Source: Eledone cirrhosa (Eukaryota). Taken from it: 64,000 bases of DNA. Position numbers and translations under genes: made by a program. The notes beneath the pieces were generated by a model. The model saw nothing but the letters and a program-made list of their open reading frames with translations, did no database searches and was not told the DNA's origin. The stretch is taken from the NCBI GenBank assembly GCA_964016885.1, contig CAXHJY010001706.1:1-64000 (forward strand). The letters run 5' to 3'. Positions 47,250 to 64,000 of this stretch are shown in pieces. Numbering within the stretch: the stretch's first letter is position 1; every line of letters begins with the position of its first letter.

Positions 47250-50200
47250 ACCAAGCACCCATGCAAAGCTTTAATTCAGAGACAGGAAGCATACACACAC
47301 CCCCTGCAAAAAATTTACCCTTTCCCACGAATGTTGGCAAATGCCCAAAACTCCGAGTTGGAATCATCAATGTAAGCACAATGAAAGAAAGAGCAGGAGA
47401 AATCGTAGAGATGCTAGAGTGAAAGGAAATTGATGTATGCTGTGTGCAAGAGACTAGATGAAGAGGAGAGTTTGTTAGAATCTTTGTAGGCAAAAGTCAG
47501 TGCTACAAATTTTTCTGGGTGGGAAATGACGATGGGATGGGTGGTGTAGGTATCCTACTAGCTGACAAAGGGGTAGATAAGGTAATCTCAGTGAACAGGG
47601 TGAATGCAAGAATCATTTAACTTAGACTAGTCCTGAATAAAACACGCACCCCAATCAGGGTTGCCAGACAAACTTAAAGATAGGTTTTACGAGTCCCTAC
47701 TCGAGCACACTACTGCTCTAACAAACGACAATGACTTCCTAATCATTGCAGGAGATTTTAACGGACACGTAGGTAAACACCGTGACGGCTTCTATAGACT
47801 CCATGGAGGCCACGGGGTTGGCACAAGAAATAAAGAAGGCTTCAGGCTTCTAGAATTCTGCGACGCCAATGACATGTCCATATGTAGCACAAACTTCAAA
47901 AAACCCGATAACCACCTGTTCACCTATAGATCAGGGGAGCATTCTAGTCAGATAGATTTTATCCTTATCAGAGGACGTGACAGATGGATGGTCCTAAACA
48001 CAAAAGTCTTCCCTAGTGAAGAATGTACCTCCCAACATAGCTTAGTTGTCAGCGACCTCATGGTCAGAACTAGACGAACTTGGAAACAGAAGCCAACCTG
48101 GAGAAGAAAGATCTGGAAGCTGAAAGACCCCTTAGCAAGTCACAGATTTAAAGATATTTTACTCAACGCCTATGACAGTAAAGAAGATAGAGACATCCAA
48201 TGTAGAAGAGCACTGGGATTTCCTAAAAAATAACTTACTAAAGGCGACGGATGAGATCTGTGGCTGGAGTAAGACCACAGGCAGGAGGAGAGTGACTTGG
48301 TGGTGGAACAATAAGGTATATGAGGCAGTTAAGGCCAAGAGACAGGCCTGGAAAGAATGGAAGAACGGGGGAAGCAGGGTACATTACATAGAGACCAGGA
48401 GGGAAGCTAGGCGACAAGTATACTTAGCTAGGAGGGAAGCGGAGGATAGAAAATTCAAGCATGTTTTACAACGTGAGGACCAGAAACAAGAGGTGTTCAA
48501 GATTGCGAGGCAGTGTATCAGAGAGAATTGTGATGTCATTGGAGAGAAGTGTATCCGGAATGATAAAGGTGAGCTTGTCCTCACAAGTGCTGAGAAGAAA
48601 GATGCGTGGAAGAGCCATTATGAAAGATTACTAAATGAGGAGAATGCATGGAAAGAAGAGACCCTACCCCAAGTAGACCCTATAGAGGGGCCAGCAGTAC
48701 AAGTCAGCAGCAGCGTAGTAAGTAAGGCAATCAAAGATATGAAGACAGGGAAGGAAACCGGTCCATCGGGTATAGCTGCCGAGATGCTGAAGGCATCTGG
48801 GTCGGTAGGTCACACAATAACCACACGTATTGTTAACCAGGTAATACTAGAAGGTGGCATACCAAAGGATTGGTGCAGCAGCATCATTGTCAACTGCTAC
48901 AAGGGTAAAGGTGATGCACTAGATAGAGAAAACTGTAGAGGTATAAAGCTGATGGACCAGGTCATGAAAGTAACAGAAAGAGTTATAACACAGTTGATTA
49001 GGGAACGGGTGAAACTAGATGAGATGTAATTTGGGTTTGTGCCAGGAAAAGACACCACTGATGCCCTCTTCCTTGTGAAGCAGTTACAGGAAAAGTACCT
49101 AGCTAAAAGTAAGCCGCTCTACCTGGCATTCGTCGATCTCGAGAAAGCCTTTGACAGGGTTCCACGTGCTGTAATCTGGTGGGCTCTTAGAAAACTAGGA
49201 GTAGATGAATGGCTTGTGAAAGCTGCACAAGCCATGTATAGGGGAGCAGTCAGCAAAGTTAGGATTAGCAATGACTATAGCGAGGAATTAGGCATACAGG
49301 TTGGTGTCCACCAGGGCTCTGTTCTTAGCCCTCTCCTGTTCATCATAGTTTTGCAGGCAATAACGGAGGAGTTTAAGACCGGATGCCCATGGGAACTCCT
49401 GTATGCTGATGACCTCGCACTTATAGCTGAATCTATGGTAGAACTATAGAAAAAATTCCAAACTTGGAAGAAGGGACTAGAAAGAAAGGGTCCAAAAGCC
49501 AACCTGATAAAGACTAAGGTCCTTGTAAGTAGATGAGAAAACAGAACCCAGATCCCCTCAGGGAAATGGCCTTGCTCAGTATGTAGGAAAGGTGTAGGTA
49601 GGAACTCCAGTCTCTGCCCCAAATGCAAACAATGGGTACACAAGAGATGTAGTGGGATCTCAGGAAACTTAACTAAGAATGTAGGCTTCACATATAGTAG
49701 CTGTGCTGGGACAGCAAGCAGCAAACAGCCACAGGAAACAAGTACCACCAATCTCTGGGAGGGCTCTGTAGAAACAGTAGACAGCTTCTGCTACCTAGGT
49801 GACCGAATTAGCAGCGGAGGTGTGTGTTCGGAAAGTACAATAACTAGGGTAAGAACGGGATGGAAGAAGTTCAGGGAGCTACTACCACTGCTCGCTACAA
49901 AAGGCTTTTCCCTCAAAATGAAAGGCAGACTGTATGATGTGTGTATCCGAACAGCGATGTTGCATGGTAGTGAGACCTGGGCGCTGAAGGTGGAAGACTT
50001 GCGTAGATTAGAAACGAAGCCTGCAAGCTCCGATGGATGTGTAATAGTAATATACGCGAACGACAAAGCATAAACGAATTGAGAGAGAGACTGAGCATAA
50101 GAGGAATCAAATGCTGTGTGCAGGAGAGGTTGTTGCGCTGGTATGGACATGTGATGCGTATGAAGGATGACAGCTGCATAAAAAGGTGCAGAGCACTAGA

Positions 50201-50682
50201 AGTCAATGGAAACCGCGGAGTGGGGAGACCCAAGAAGACCTGGATGAGGTGATAAAAGCCGACCTTACCCAATTACACCTCTCAAAGGTGATGACACATG
50301 ACCGTGACCTCTGGCGTCACGCAGTAATACAGAATACCCGACCTCCCACGGGTACAAGCCGAAGCTGAAGCATATAGACAATATGCCCCCACACCCGCCC
50401 ACTGCAAAGTGGTCGTGGAGGTGCCACGGCAAAAAAGCACCCAGCCCACACTGTAAAGTGGACGTGTAGACGCCACGGAAAAAAGCACCCAGCACTCACT
50501 GTAAATGAGGTTGGTGTTAGGAAGGGCATCCAGCTGTAGAAATCAAGCTAGAATCAATTCCCGTATGAGCAAGACAAGGTCAGCCGACCAGACACTGCCC
50601 ACAACAGGACAACCCGTCTAACCCATGCTAGCGTGGGTGGAGGAACGGACGTAAAACGGTGATGATGATGATGATGATGATG

Positions 50683-50684
<2 letters not shown>
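47250..50684 (+). mobile_element. Near-full-length decayed RTE LINE (APE, RT, 3'UTR, (GAT)n)
   Basis: DVCCVQETR, AGDFNGHVG, SQIDFIL, SQHSLVV, GPSGI, KGKGD, DLEKAFDRV, YADD, LRWYGHV; multiple stops and frameshifts. Confidence 0.93.
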
Positions 50685-50729
<45 letters not shown>

Positions 50730-50739
50730 TATATAAGAG

Positions 50740-51375
50740 ACTTATGGTTGGAGCTTTGGTGACTTAGTGTGGAACAGCACGGTAGATAGTCATTAGACAA
50801 AAGACAAGCATGGAAGGATTGGGAAAATGGGTGGAGTAGAAACCGGTATTCAGCTGCCTAAAGAGAAGCTAGACGTCAAGTATACTTAGCACGCAGGGAA
50901 GCTGAGAATAGGAGGTTTGTGAATGTTTTATAACAAGAGGCTCAGAGAATTGAGGTGTGCTGCATTGCAAAGCAGTGTGTCAGTGTAAATCAAGATGTTG
51001 TTGGAGATAGTGAAAGCTATGTGCAAGCCATATACAGAGGTACTGTCAGTAAAGTCAGGGTAGGAATGGAGTTTAGTGAGGAATTCCAGATACAAGTAGT
51101 TTATCAGGGTTCAGTCCTCAGCCCACTCTTATTCATTATAGTTCTCCAAGTCATAACAGAGGAGTTTAAGATTGGCTGTCCATGGGAACTTCTCTATGCT
51201 GACGATCTGGTTCTTATAGCAGAATCAGTAGAAGAGCTAGAGAATAAATTCTGGCTTGGAAACAACAGTTGGAATCAAGACGACTGAGAGTGAACCTAGC
51301 TAAGACTAAAGTGTTGATAAGTAAGAAAGAGGACGAAACTCTGATTCCATCAGGGAAATGGCCATGTTCATTATG
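50740..51375 (+). mobile_element. Internally deleted RTE fragment
   Basis: QGSVLSPLLF...LLYADD; related to 24780-25473. Confidence 0.85.
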
Positions 51376-51379
51376 TGTG

Positions 51380-51413
<34 letters not shown>

Positions 51414-51416
51414 TAA

Positions 51417-51447
<31 letters not shown>

Positions 51448-51448
51448 A

Positions 51449-51479
<31 letters not shown>

Positions 51480-51664
51480 TATAATATAAGATCAAAAGAT
51501 GGTTAAAGGAGTTCAATATATTTTATTATGCGCATTTCAAAAACAAACATCATCAAACAATAATATTTGTGTTTTCATCAGATAAAACAGGAGAACATGA
51601 TATGAAGGCTAAAAAAACACTTGTTGATAGTGCAGTTTTAAATCAACATATAAAACTCACCTCC

Positions 51665-51704
<40 letters not shown>

Positions 51705-51726
51705 TGTATATATATATATATATACA

Positions 51727-51863
<137 letters not shown>

Positions 51864-51908
51864 GTACATATATATACATATATGTATATATATATATATA
51901 TATGTATG

Positions 51909-52150
<242 letters not shown>

Positions 52151-52152
52151 TG

Positions 52153-52261
<109 letters not shown>

Positions 52262-52348
52262 ATATATATATATATATATATACATATATGTATGTATATA
52301 TATATACATATATATATGTATGTATATATATATATACATATATGTATG

Positions 52349-52380
<32 letters not shown>

Positions 52381-52382
52381 TG

Positions 52383-52420
<38 letters not shown>

Positions 52421-52580
52421 TGTATGTATATATATATATATACATATATGTATGTATATGTATATATATATACATATATGTATGTATATATATATATATA
52501 TATACATATATGTATGTATATATATATATATATACATATATGTATGTATATATATATATATATATATACATATATGTATG

Positions 52581-52612
<32 letters not shown>

Positions 52613-52648
52613 TGTATGTATATATATATATATATATATACATATATG

Positions 52649-52688
<40 letters not shown>

Positions 52689-52820
52689 TGTATGTATATA
52701 TATATATATATACATATATGTATGTATATATATATATATATATACATATATGTATGTATATATATATATATATATATATACATATATGTATGTATATATA
52801 TATATATATATATATACGTA

Positions 52821-52946
52821 TGTCAGGTCACCAGTTGGTGCTACTGGTAACATGTATCCCAGTACAACCTGTCCCATGGTCGGGTCGTTGGCGACTAAAC
52901 TGGCAACCCCACCAAGGTTTCTTGGTGAGGAGGGTGACTTTGGACA
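52821..52946 (+). ncRNA. Candidate expanded twister-like ribozyme fold
   Basis: P1 GGTCA/TGACT; TAA; CCAG/CTGG; P4 ACCTG/CGGGT with loop TCCCATGGT; TAAA; GAGGG. Pseudoknots CCC:GGG and AC:GT are possible. P2 base is weak. Confidence 0.4.
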
Positions 52947-53430
52947 TCCTGCAGGACTAAAAACAAAACCTGTCAAAGGGCAAAGGAGCTCTTAAGAGTC
53001 AATGGCCATCCAAAATCACCGGGAGAGATGACCCCTTAGCCTTTGTCAAGGCAGAATTCTAGGAGAAGGAAAACTCTGATATAACACCTGCAACCCTGAT
53101 GGTATCCAATGATGTTGACTTGTTCTTCTTTTTGGTAAATATCATCTTGGTTAAGAGAGTGGGACTGGCTTTGTGCAGTGCCTTTGCTCACTATAAAAGC
53201 TTCACGGCACAGGCATTGCTTTATATCTGGAGATCTCTCTGCACTTGTCGTCACATGGTACCATGGGCCCAGCACTATGTGTCAGTAATTGTCACAAGTG
53301 TAGTGTTTGTACCAGAGTTTTCAAGTCGCTGGCTGGACTAAAAAGTCACACTCGTTCAGCGCATCGGTAGGGGTTCTCCTACATGGATATAAAGTAGTGG
53401 CCGTACTCGAAAACGAGTTGGCAGCCACCA
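52821..53430 (+). mobile_element. Non-autonomous bipartite RTE derivative (copy 3, full length)
   Basis: TGTCAGGTCACC...GGCAGCCACCA, 610 bp, TA flanks. Confidence 0.85.
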
Positions 53431-53484
53431 TATATATATACATATATGTATGTATATATACATATATATATATATACATATATG

Positions 53485-53530
<46 letters not shown>

Positions 53531-53538
53531 TGTATGTA

Positions 53539-53572
<34 letters not shown>

Positions 53573-53652
53573 CATATATGTATGTATGTATATATATATA
53601 TATACATATATGTATGTATATATATATATATATATATATACATATATGTATG

Positions 53653-53922
<270 letters not shown>

Positions 53923-53980
53923 TGTATGTATATATATATATATACATATATGTATGTATATATATATATATACATATATG

Positions 53981-54012
<32 letters not shown>

Positions 54013-54020
54013 CATATATG

Positions 54021-54112
<92 letters not shown>

Positions 54113-54174
54113 TGTATGTATATATATATATATATATATACATATATGTATGTATATATATATATGCATATATG

Positions 54175-54208
<34 letters not shown>

Positions 54209-54250
54209 CATATATGTATGTATGTATATATATATATATATACATATATG

Positions 54251-54302
<52 letters not shown>

Positions 54303-54428
54303 TGTATGTATATATATATACATATATGTATGTATATATATATATATATATACATATATGTATGTATATATATATATATATATATACATATATGTATGTA
54401 TATATATATATATATATATACATATATG

Positions 54429-54470
<42 letters not shown>

Positions 54471-54472
54471 TG

Positions 54473-54514
<42 letters not shown>

Positions 54515-54562
54515 TGTATGTATATATATATATATATATATACATATATGTATGTATATATA

Positions 54563-56794
54563 TAACTTTGAATAACTTTGAAATGTTTTGGCCAGTATTG
54601 GTCCAGGCCATGTCTAACTTAATAGCACCACCTGGCGAAGTCTTTCAATTCAGGATTTGGGCACCATGGCCCATTCGAGAAGAGAATTACTGTTTGCGGA
54701 GACATATCCGGGTGTGGGTGGTTTGTCCGGGATTACTTGGAGGAATTTGTCCAAAGACTTCTTGAATTTTGTGTGGTCAGTTTCTGTTTTGACGTGTCCT
54801 GGTGTGATGTTGAAGAGAGCAGGGCCGATTGAGGTGAAATAATTGTGCCGTATTGTTGTTATGAGTTGCGATTTAGATTTTTGAATGGGACGGATAGCAC
54901 GGGGCCCAAGCCTTGGGTGTATCTTGAAGGCGATGCCAACATCATTTGGGCAGTGATGATGGAACATTTTCCACATCATGCAGATAATATAACGCTCACG
55001 GCGACGTTGGAGTGAGTAAAGTTTCAGGTTTTCCAATCGACCCCAGTAGTCAAGGTCTGACATGCCATCTATCTTTTTCGTGATTGCCCTTTGAGGAGCT
55101 TCAAGTTTCATGATACTTTGTTTCGTGTGGGGAGACCACAGTGGACAACAGTATTCAAGGTGTGGTCGGGCGAAAGTAGAGAAGAGAAGGATAATGGTGC
55201 GGGAATCTCTCGACTGGAAGGTTCTGAGGATCCAGGAACACATTCTGCGGGCCATGTCAACTTTGCTGCTTATATGCGTGGTCCAGCTTATGTTGCTGTC
55301 CACGGTTACTCCCAAGTCTCTAATGTTGTTAGATGCCACGAGAGTTTCCCCGGAGGGAAGGGAGTACGGGAGTTTCAGAGCATCCTCTTTTCCAAAGTGG
55401 ATCAGTTCGAATTTGTCTTCGTTCAGTAACATGTTGTTCTTTTCTGCCCATTGGGTAACAGCCAGTAGGTCTGACTGAAGGCTTATCCGGTCATCCACGC
55501 CATTGATGACCTTTTGGAGCTTGGCATCATCAGCGAAAATTTTAATGTTGCTGTGTTTGATGATGTCAGTGATGTCATTAATATAGATGATGAAGAGAAG
55601 TGGGCCCAACACAGTGCCTTGTGGGACTCCACTACTGACTTTGGCTGGGCTTGATTTGACTCCCTCAACTACAACATGTTGGGTTCTGTTTGACAGGAAG
55701 CTCTTGATCCACTGCAGCAGCTTTCCAGTGACACCAATATTGGACAGCTTTCTCAGTAGAATGTTATGATCAACCCTGTCAAAGGCCTTGCTGAAATCAA
55801 GGTAGATAACATCAGTGTTGGAACCCTCTCCCAAGGCTCTCAAAATGTCATCAAAGTGATGCAGTAGTTGCGTCAGGCAATCCCTTCCATTACGGAATCC
55901 ATGCTGGTTGGAGTTCAGCATATTGTTACTCTCAAGGAAGTGGGTCATTCGCGATCTCACCACTCGCTCAAATACCTTAATGATATGAGAGGTGAGTGAG
56001 ATTGGACGGTAATTCACGACAAGGGATTTGTTTCCCTTTTTGAAACTGGGACAACAGACTGGATAGAAGGTTTTCTGGCACATATCCAGCATCCAGTGAG
56101 TTCCGCCACAGATTGGCAAGAGGAGAAGCAAGTTGGTGTTGACACGCCTTCAAGACACAAGCAGGGAACCTATCGGGACCTACTGCTGAATTATGCTTGA
56201 TTTCCTTTATTGCCGCCAAGACATCAGGGGCGCCAAACGTTATGTCCGATAAGGTGTAATGGGGAGTAACATCGCCGATACAGCCCAGATCGGCCATATC
56301 AGGATTGCTGAAAACAGAGCAGTATTGTTTCTGCAGTATCTCACCCATGGTTTTAGCATTGTCTTGAAGAGTGCCATTTTCATCAATTAGAGGGCCAACA
56401 GTAGAGCCAGTGATTTTGTGTTTTTTTGCAAATGAAAAGAACACTTTGGGATTGAGTTTGATCTTCTCAATGGCCCAGGCCTCTTCAGCTCTTCTCTGAT
56501 TGTTGATGAGGGACATTATGTTGTTTTGGAGGTTATGTTTTTTAATCTCTAGTGATGAAATGGCAGTCAAGTTGATGTGTTGCTGCTGACAGTATTTCAG
56601 CTTGTTGATTTTTTTGTTCGTTCTCTTAATTTTTCTGATGAGTGTTTTTCTATTTCTAGGGATTCTGCTCTTAGATTTGTTTATAGTTCTTAATGGGGTG
56701 TGTTTAGCACATATGTTTGTAACAGTGTCCACAAATGTCTGCCAGGACTTTTGATGTTAGTGGGTGTATGAGTGTGCGTGAAGGACCAGTCGAC

Positions 56795-56795
<1 letters not shown>
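54563..56795 (-). mobile_element. CR1-group LINE, longest copy (linker + full RT, one frameshift near 56060)
   Basis: SAVGPDRF, NYRPISLTS, QHGFR, DVIYLDFSKAFDRVDH, SGVPQGTVLGPLLF, FADD; 3' end repeat AACTTTGAAT-AACTTTGAA. Confidence 0.94.
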
Positions 56796-56839
<44 letters not shown>

Positions 56840-56845
56840 TGTATG

Positions 56846-56877
<32 letters not shown>

Positions 56878-56883
56878 TGTATG

Positions 56884-56915
<32 letters not shown>

Positions 56916-56917
56916 TG

Positions 56918-56963
<46 letters not shown>

Positions 56964-57027
56964 TGTATGTATATATATATATATACATATATGTATGTAT
57001 ATATATATATATATATATACATATATG

Positions 57028-57073
<46 letters not shown>

Positions 57074-57449
57074 TGTATGTATGTATATATATATATATAT
57101 ATATACATATATGTATGTATATATATATATATATATATACATATATGTATGTATATATATATATATATATATACATATATGTATGTATATATATATATAT
57201 ATATATATACATATATGTATGTATATATATATATATATATATACATATATGTATGTAATATATATATATATATATATATACATATATATGTATGTATATA
57301 TATATATATACATATATGTATGTATATGTATATATATATATATACATATATGTATGTATATATATATAGATATATATATACTTAATGTATGTATATATAT
57401 ATATATACATATATGTATGTATATATATATATATATATATACATATATG

Positions 57450-57487
<38 letters not shown>

Positions 57488-57659
57488 TGTATGTATATAT
57501 ATATACATATATGTATGTATATATATATATATATACATATATGTATGTATATATATATATATATATATACATATATGTATGTATATATATATATATATAT
57601 ATACATATATGTATGTATATATATATATATATATATACATATATGTATGTATATATATA

Positions 57660-58279
57660 TGTCGGGTCACCAGTTGGTCACCAGTTGGTGCTACTGGTAA
57701 CATGTATCCCAGTACAACCTGTCTCATGGTCGGGTCGTTGGCGACTAAACTGGCAAACCCACCAAGGTTTCTTGGTGAGGAGGGTGACTTTGGACATCCT
57801 GCAGGACTAAAAACAAGACCTGTCAAAGGCAAAGGAGCTCTTAAGAGTCAATGGCCATCCAAAATCACAGGGAGAGATGACCCCTTAGCCTTTGTCAAGG
57901 CAGAATTCTAGGAGAAGGAAAACTCTGATATAACACCTGCAACTCTGATGGTATCCAATGATGTTGACTTGTTCTTCTTTTTGGTAAATATGATCTTGGT
58001 TAAGAGAGTGGGACTGGCTTTGTGCAGTGCCTTTGCTCACTATAAAAGCTTCACGGCACAGGCATTGCTTTATATCTGGAGATATCTCTGCACTTGTCAT
58101 CACATGTACCATGGGCCCAGCACTATGTGTCAATAATGGGTCACCAGTGGGGTGTTTGTGCCAGAGTTTCAAGTCGCTGGCTGGACTAAAAAGTCACACT
58201 CGTTCAGCGCATCGGTAGGGGTTCTCCTGCATGGATATAAAGTAGTGGCCGTACTCGAAAACGAGTTGGGCAGCCACCA
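57660..58279 (+). mobile_element. Non-autonomous RTE derivative (copy 4) with an 11-bp 5' duplication
   Basis: GGTCACCAGTT-GGTCACCAGTT at the 5' end; otherwise matches copy 3. Confidence 0.85.
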
Positions 58280-58299
58280 TATATATATATACATATATG

Positions 58300-58339
<40 letters not shown>

Positions 58340-58407
58340 TGTATGTATATATATATATATATATATATACATATATGTATGTATATATATATATATATAC
58401 ATATATG

Positions 58408-58447
<40 letters not shown>

Positions 58448-58479
58448 TGTATGTATATATATATATATATACATATATG

Positions 58480-58519
<40 letters not shown>

Positions 58520-58521
58520 TG

Positions 58522-58561
<40 letters not shown>

Positions 58562-58896
58562 TGTATGTATGTATATATATATATACATATATGTATGTAT
58601 ATATATATATATACATATATGTATGTATATATATATATACATATATGTATGTATATATATATATATATATATATGTACATATATGTATGTATATATATAT
58701 ATATATATACATATATGTATGTATATATATATATATATACATATATGTATGTATATATATATATATATATATACATATATGTATGTATATATATATATAT
58801 ATACATATATGTATGTATATATATATATATATATATACATATATGTATGTATATATATATATATATATATATACATATATGTATGTATAGATATAC

Positions 58897-59156
<260 letters not shown>

Positions 59157-59162
59157 TACATA

Positions 59163-59332
<170 letters not shown>

Positions 59333-59334
59333 TG

Positions 59335-59376
<42 letters not shown>

Positions 59377-59382
59377 TGTATG

Positions 59383-59427
<45 letters not shown>

Positions 59428-59439
59428 CATATATGTATG

Positions 59440-59471
<32 letters not shown>

Positions 59472-59483
59472 CATATATGTATG

Positions 59484-59515
<32 letters not shown>

Positions 59516-59576
59516 CATATATGTATGTATATATATACATATATATATAATATATATATACATATATATATGTATA

Positions 59577-59664
<88 letters not shown>

Positions 59665-59665
<1 letters not shown>

Positions 59666-60903
59666 TATATTATATTTAGAGTTTAAACTCAAAGTCATTT
59701 ACAATTAATCAGCTCGAAGAAAGAAGCATTTCCATATATGATAACACATATGTGTTTGTATTGTAAGAGACAAAGTTAGCGAGAACGAAATAAACTAATT
59801 AAAGTGAATATAATTTGTCTGTCTCGATATAAGTCAATAAAGACAATCTTATATTGGCAAAAGCCGTGATTCCTGGACAAATTTAAATTTCAAAATCCAA
59901 ACCATGCTCCGTAGATGAATTTGAACTTCGAAGCCTAAATATGTTTCGCAACGATGGTACATGAATTGAAATATAAAAAAATTGAAATAAAATTGAAATA
60001 AAAAAGTGAAATATTCAAATCTCTGAGCTTATCAACAGGAATCCAGTAAAATTAGTACATTCCACCTTCAAAAATTTTGCAGGACTGATTACATGTGGTG
60101 TAGCCAGCTATATTAGCCATCCTATACTCCCCGTGCTAGAAATAACAACCGTTTATATGGGATTAAAAATTAGCTCTACAGTTCGAAGTTCAAATTCATC
60201 TACGGAGCAGGTTTGGATTTTGAAATTTAAAATTTGTCAGGAATCACGGCTTTTGCCAATATAAGCTTGTCTTTATTGACTTATATCGAGACAGACAAAT
60301 TGCATTCACTTTAATTAGTTTATTTCGTTCTAGCTAACTTTGTCTCTTACAATACAAACACGTATGTGTTTATCATATATATTAATATATAACTTGTATT
60401 TCACTGCTCGGAAATGCTTCTTTTTTGAGCTGATTAATTGTAAATGACTTTGAGTTTAAACTCTAAATATAATATAGTATATAACTGTAGAGCTAATTTT
60501 TAATCCCATCTGCCTATACAACGTGTAATCAGTCCTGCAAAATTTTTGAAGGTGGAATGTACTAATTTTACTGGATTCCTGTTGATAAGCACAGAAGATT
60601 TGAATATTTCACTTTTTATTTCAATTTTATTTCAATTTTTTTTATATTTCAATTCATGTACCATCGTTGCGAAAACATATTAAGGCTTCGAAGTTCAAAT
60701 TCATCTACGGAGCAGGTTTGTATTTTGAAATTTAAATTTGTCCAGGAATCACGGCTTTTGCCAATATAAGCTTGTCTTTATTGACTTATATCGAGACAGA
60801 CAAATTGTATTCACTTTAATTAATTTATTTCGTTCTAGCTAACTTTGTCTCTTACAATACAAACACGTATGTGTTTATCATATATATTAATATATAACTT
60901 GTA
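59665..60903. repeat. Scrambled multi-inversion fold-back block
   Basis: Segment order a-b-c-d-e-b'-x-a'-e'-y-c'-b'-x, where a prime marks a reverse complement. Confidence 0.85.
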
Positions 60904-61164
60904 TATATATATATACATATATGTGTATATATATATATATAAATAAAGTTAATATATCTGAGGGTACAAGTTACCCCCAGAAATACATAGGTTGTCTATG
61001 ATTCAAGGTGGTTCTATGGTAATAATTTGATATACCAGAACTTAATATCAAGATAAGCAGAACAAGTAAAATTCAACCAATTTTTCAAATAAATCAAAAT
61101 TAATTTACAATTAAAATTAATCAAAATAAAAAAAAATAATATAAATATTTACCTATTCAAATGG

Positions 61165-61242
61165 CCCTAACTGTACAGTTTCACTTTGCAAAACATTAGA
61201 TATCACATGGATATTAATGGAAAAACAAAGATCATCAGAGAA
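61165..61242 (-). ncRNA. Hammerhead ribozyme (left arm)
   Basis: Minus strand: TTCT-CTGATGA-TCTTTG-long loop-CAAAGT-GAAA-CTGTACAG-TT-AGGG. Confidence 0.75.
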
Positions 61243-61326
61243 TCATTTTCCTTTCCTAGGGTTAAAGAGACGAGGTCATATATTTTATCGTTCCTGAGGT
61301 TTTTTAACCCTAGGAAAGGAAAATGC

Positions 61327-61404
61327 TTCTCTGATGATCTTTGTTTTTCCATTAATATCCATGTGATATCTAATGTTTTGCAAAGTGAAACTGTACAGTA
61401 AGGG
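61327..61404 (+). ncRNA. Hammerhead ribozyme (right arm)
   Basis: TTCT-CTGATGA-TCTTTG-long loop-CAAAGT-GAAA-CTGTACAG-TA-AGGG; palindromic stem III and GUA triplet. Confidence 0.8.
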
Positions 61405-61521
61405 CTATTTGAATAGGTAAATATTTATATTATATTTTTTAATTTTGATTAATTTTAATTGTAAATTAATTTTGATTTATTTTGAAAAATTGGTTGAATT
61501 TTACTTGTTCTGCTTATCTTG

Positions 61522-64000
<2,479 letters not shown>

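Larger units (their letters stand above)
61049..61521. repeat. About 218-bp inverted repeat (Penelope-type inverted pLTR pair)
   Basis: 61049-61266 versus 61302-61521; each arm carries a hammerhead. Confidence 0.9.

Noticed and set aside
52856-52903. HDV-like ribozyme fold in the RTE derivative (CCAGT/ACTGG, CTAA)
   Set aside because: No convincing P1 and the L3 loop would be only 3 nt; the twister-like arrangement fits better.
53036-53341. Recurrent 79-80 aa ORFs in the RTE derivative
   Set aside because: They recur only because the copies are young; only the terminal C2H2 remnant resembles a protein.
59930-59965. GAAACATAT motif on the minus strand of the scrambled block as a hammerhead
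   Set aside because: No upstream CTGAnGA or stem II.

Overview
Repeat-saturated eukaryotic (non-bacterial) intergenic or intronic DNA with no recognisable host gene. The repeat content (multi-kb TA arrays, RTE LINEs, tRNA-derived SINEs, Penelope fragments) suggests a mollusc, probably a cephalopod; this is inference only. Most long ORFs in the track are microsatellite or minisatellite artefacts. The real coding remnants are a Gypsy LTR element (LTR, duplicated tRNA-Trp PBS, gag, -1 frameshift, pol truncated after RT), two Penelope GIY-YIG fragments, three CR1-group LINE copies, several RTE LINE copies, a head-to-tail cluster of L1/Tx1-like 3' ends inside (GATA/GACA)n, and an R4/Dong-like 3' tip. 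There is also a 7-kb 21-bp minisatellite, SINEs, MITEs and fold-back structures. The most notable hidden layer is catalytic-RNA-like. Five well-formed minimal type I hammerhead motifs, two with single defects and about three remnants can be read by eye; most have a non-canonical first stem II pair, and three unrelated ones share a UCA/UCA (C.C) internal mismatch. A 610-bp non-autonomous RTE derivative, present in four copies each with TA-repeat flanks, has a 5' end that can be folded as an expanded twister-like ribozyme. All RNA folds were done by eye and are untested.
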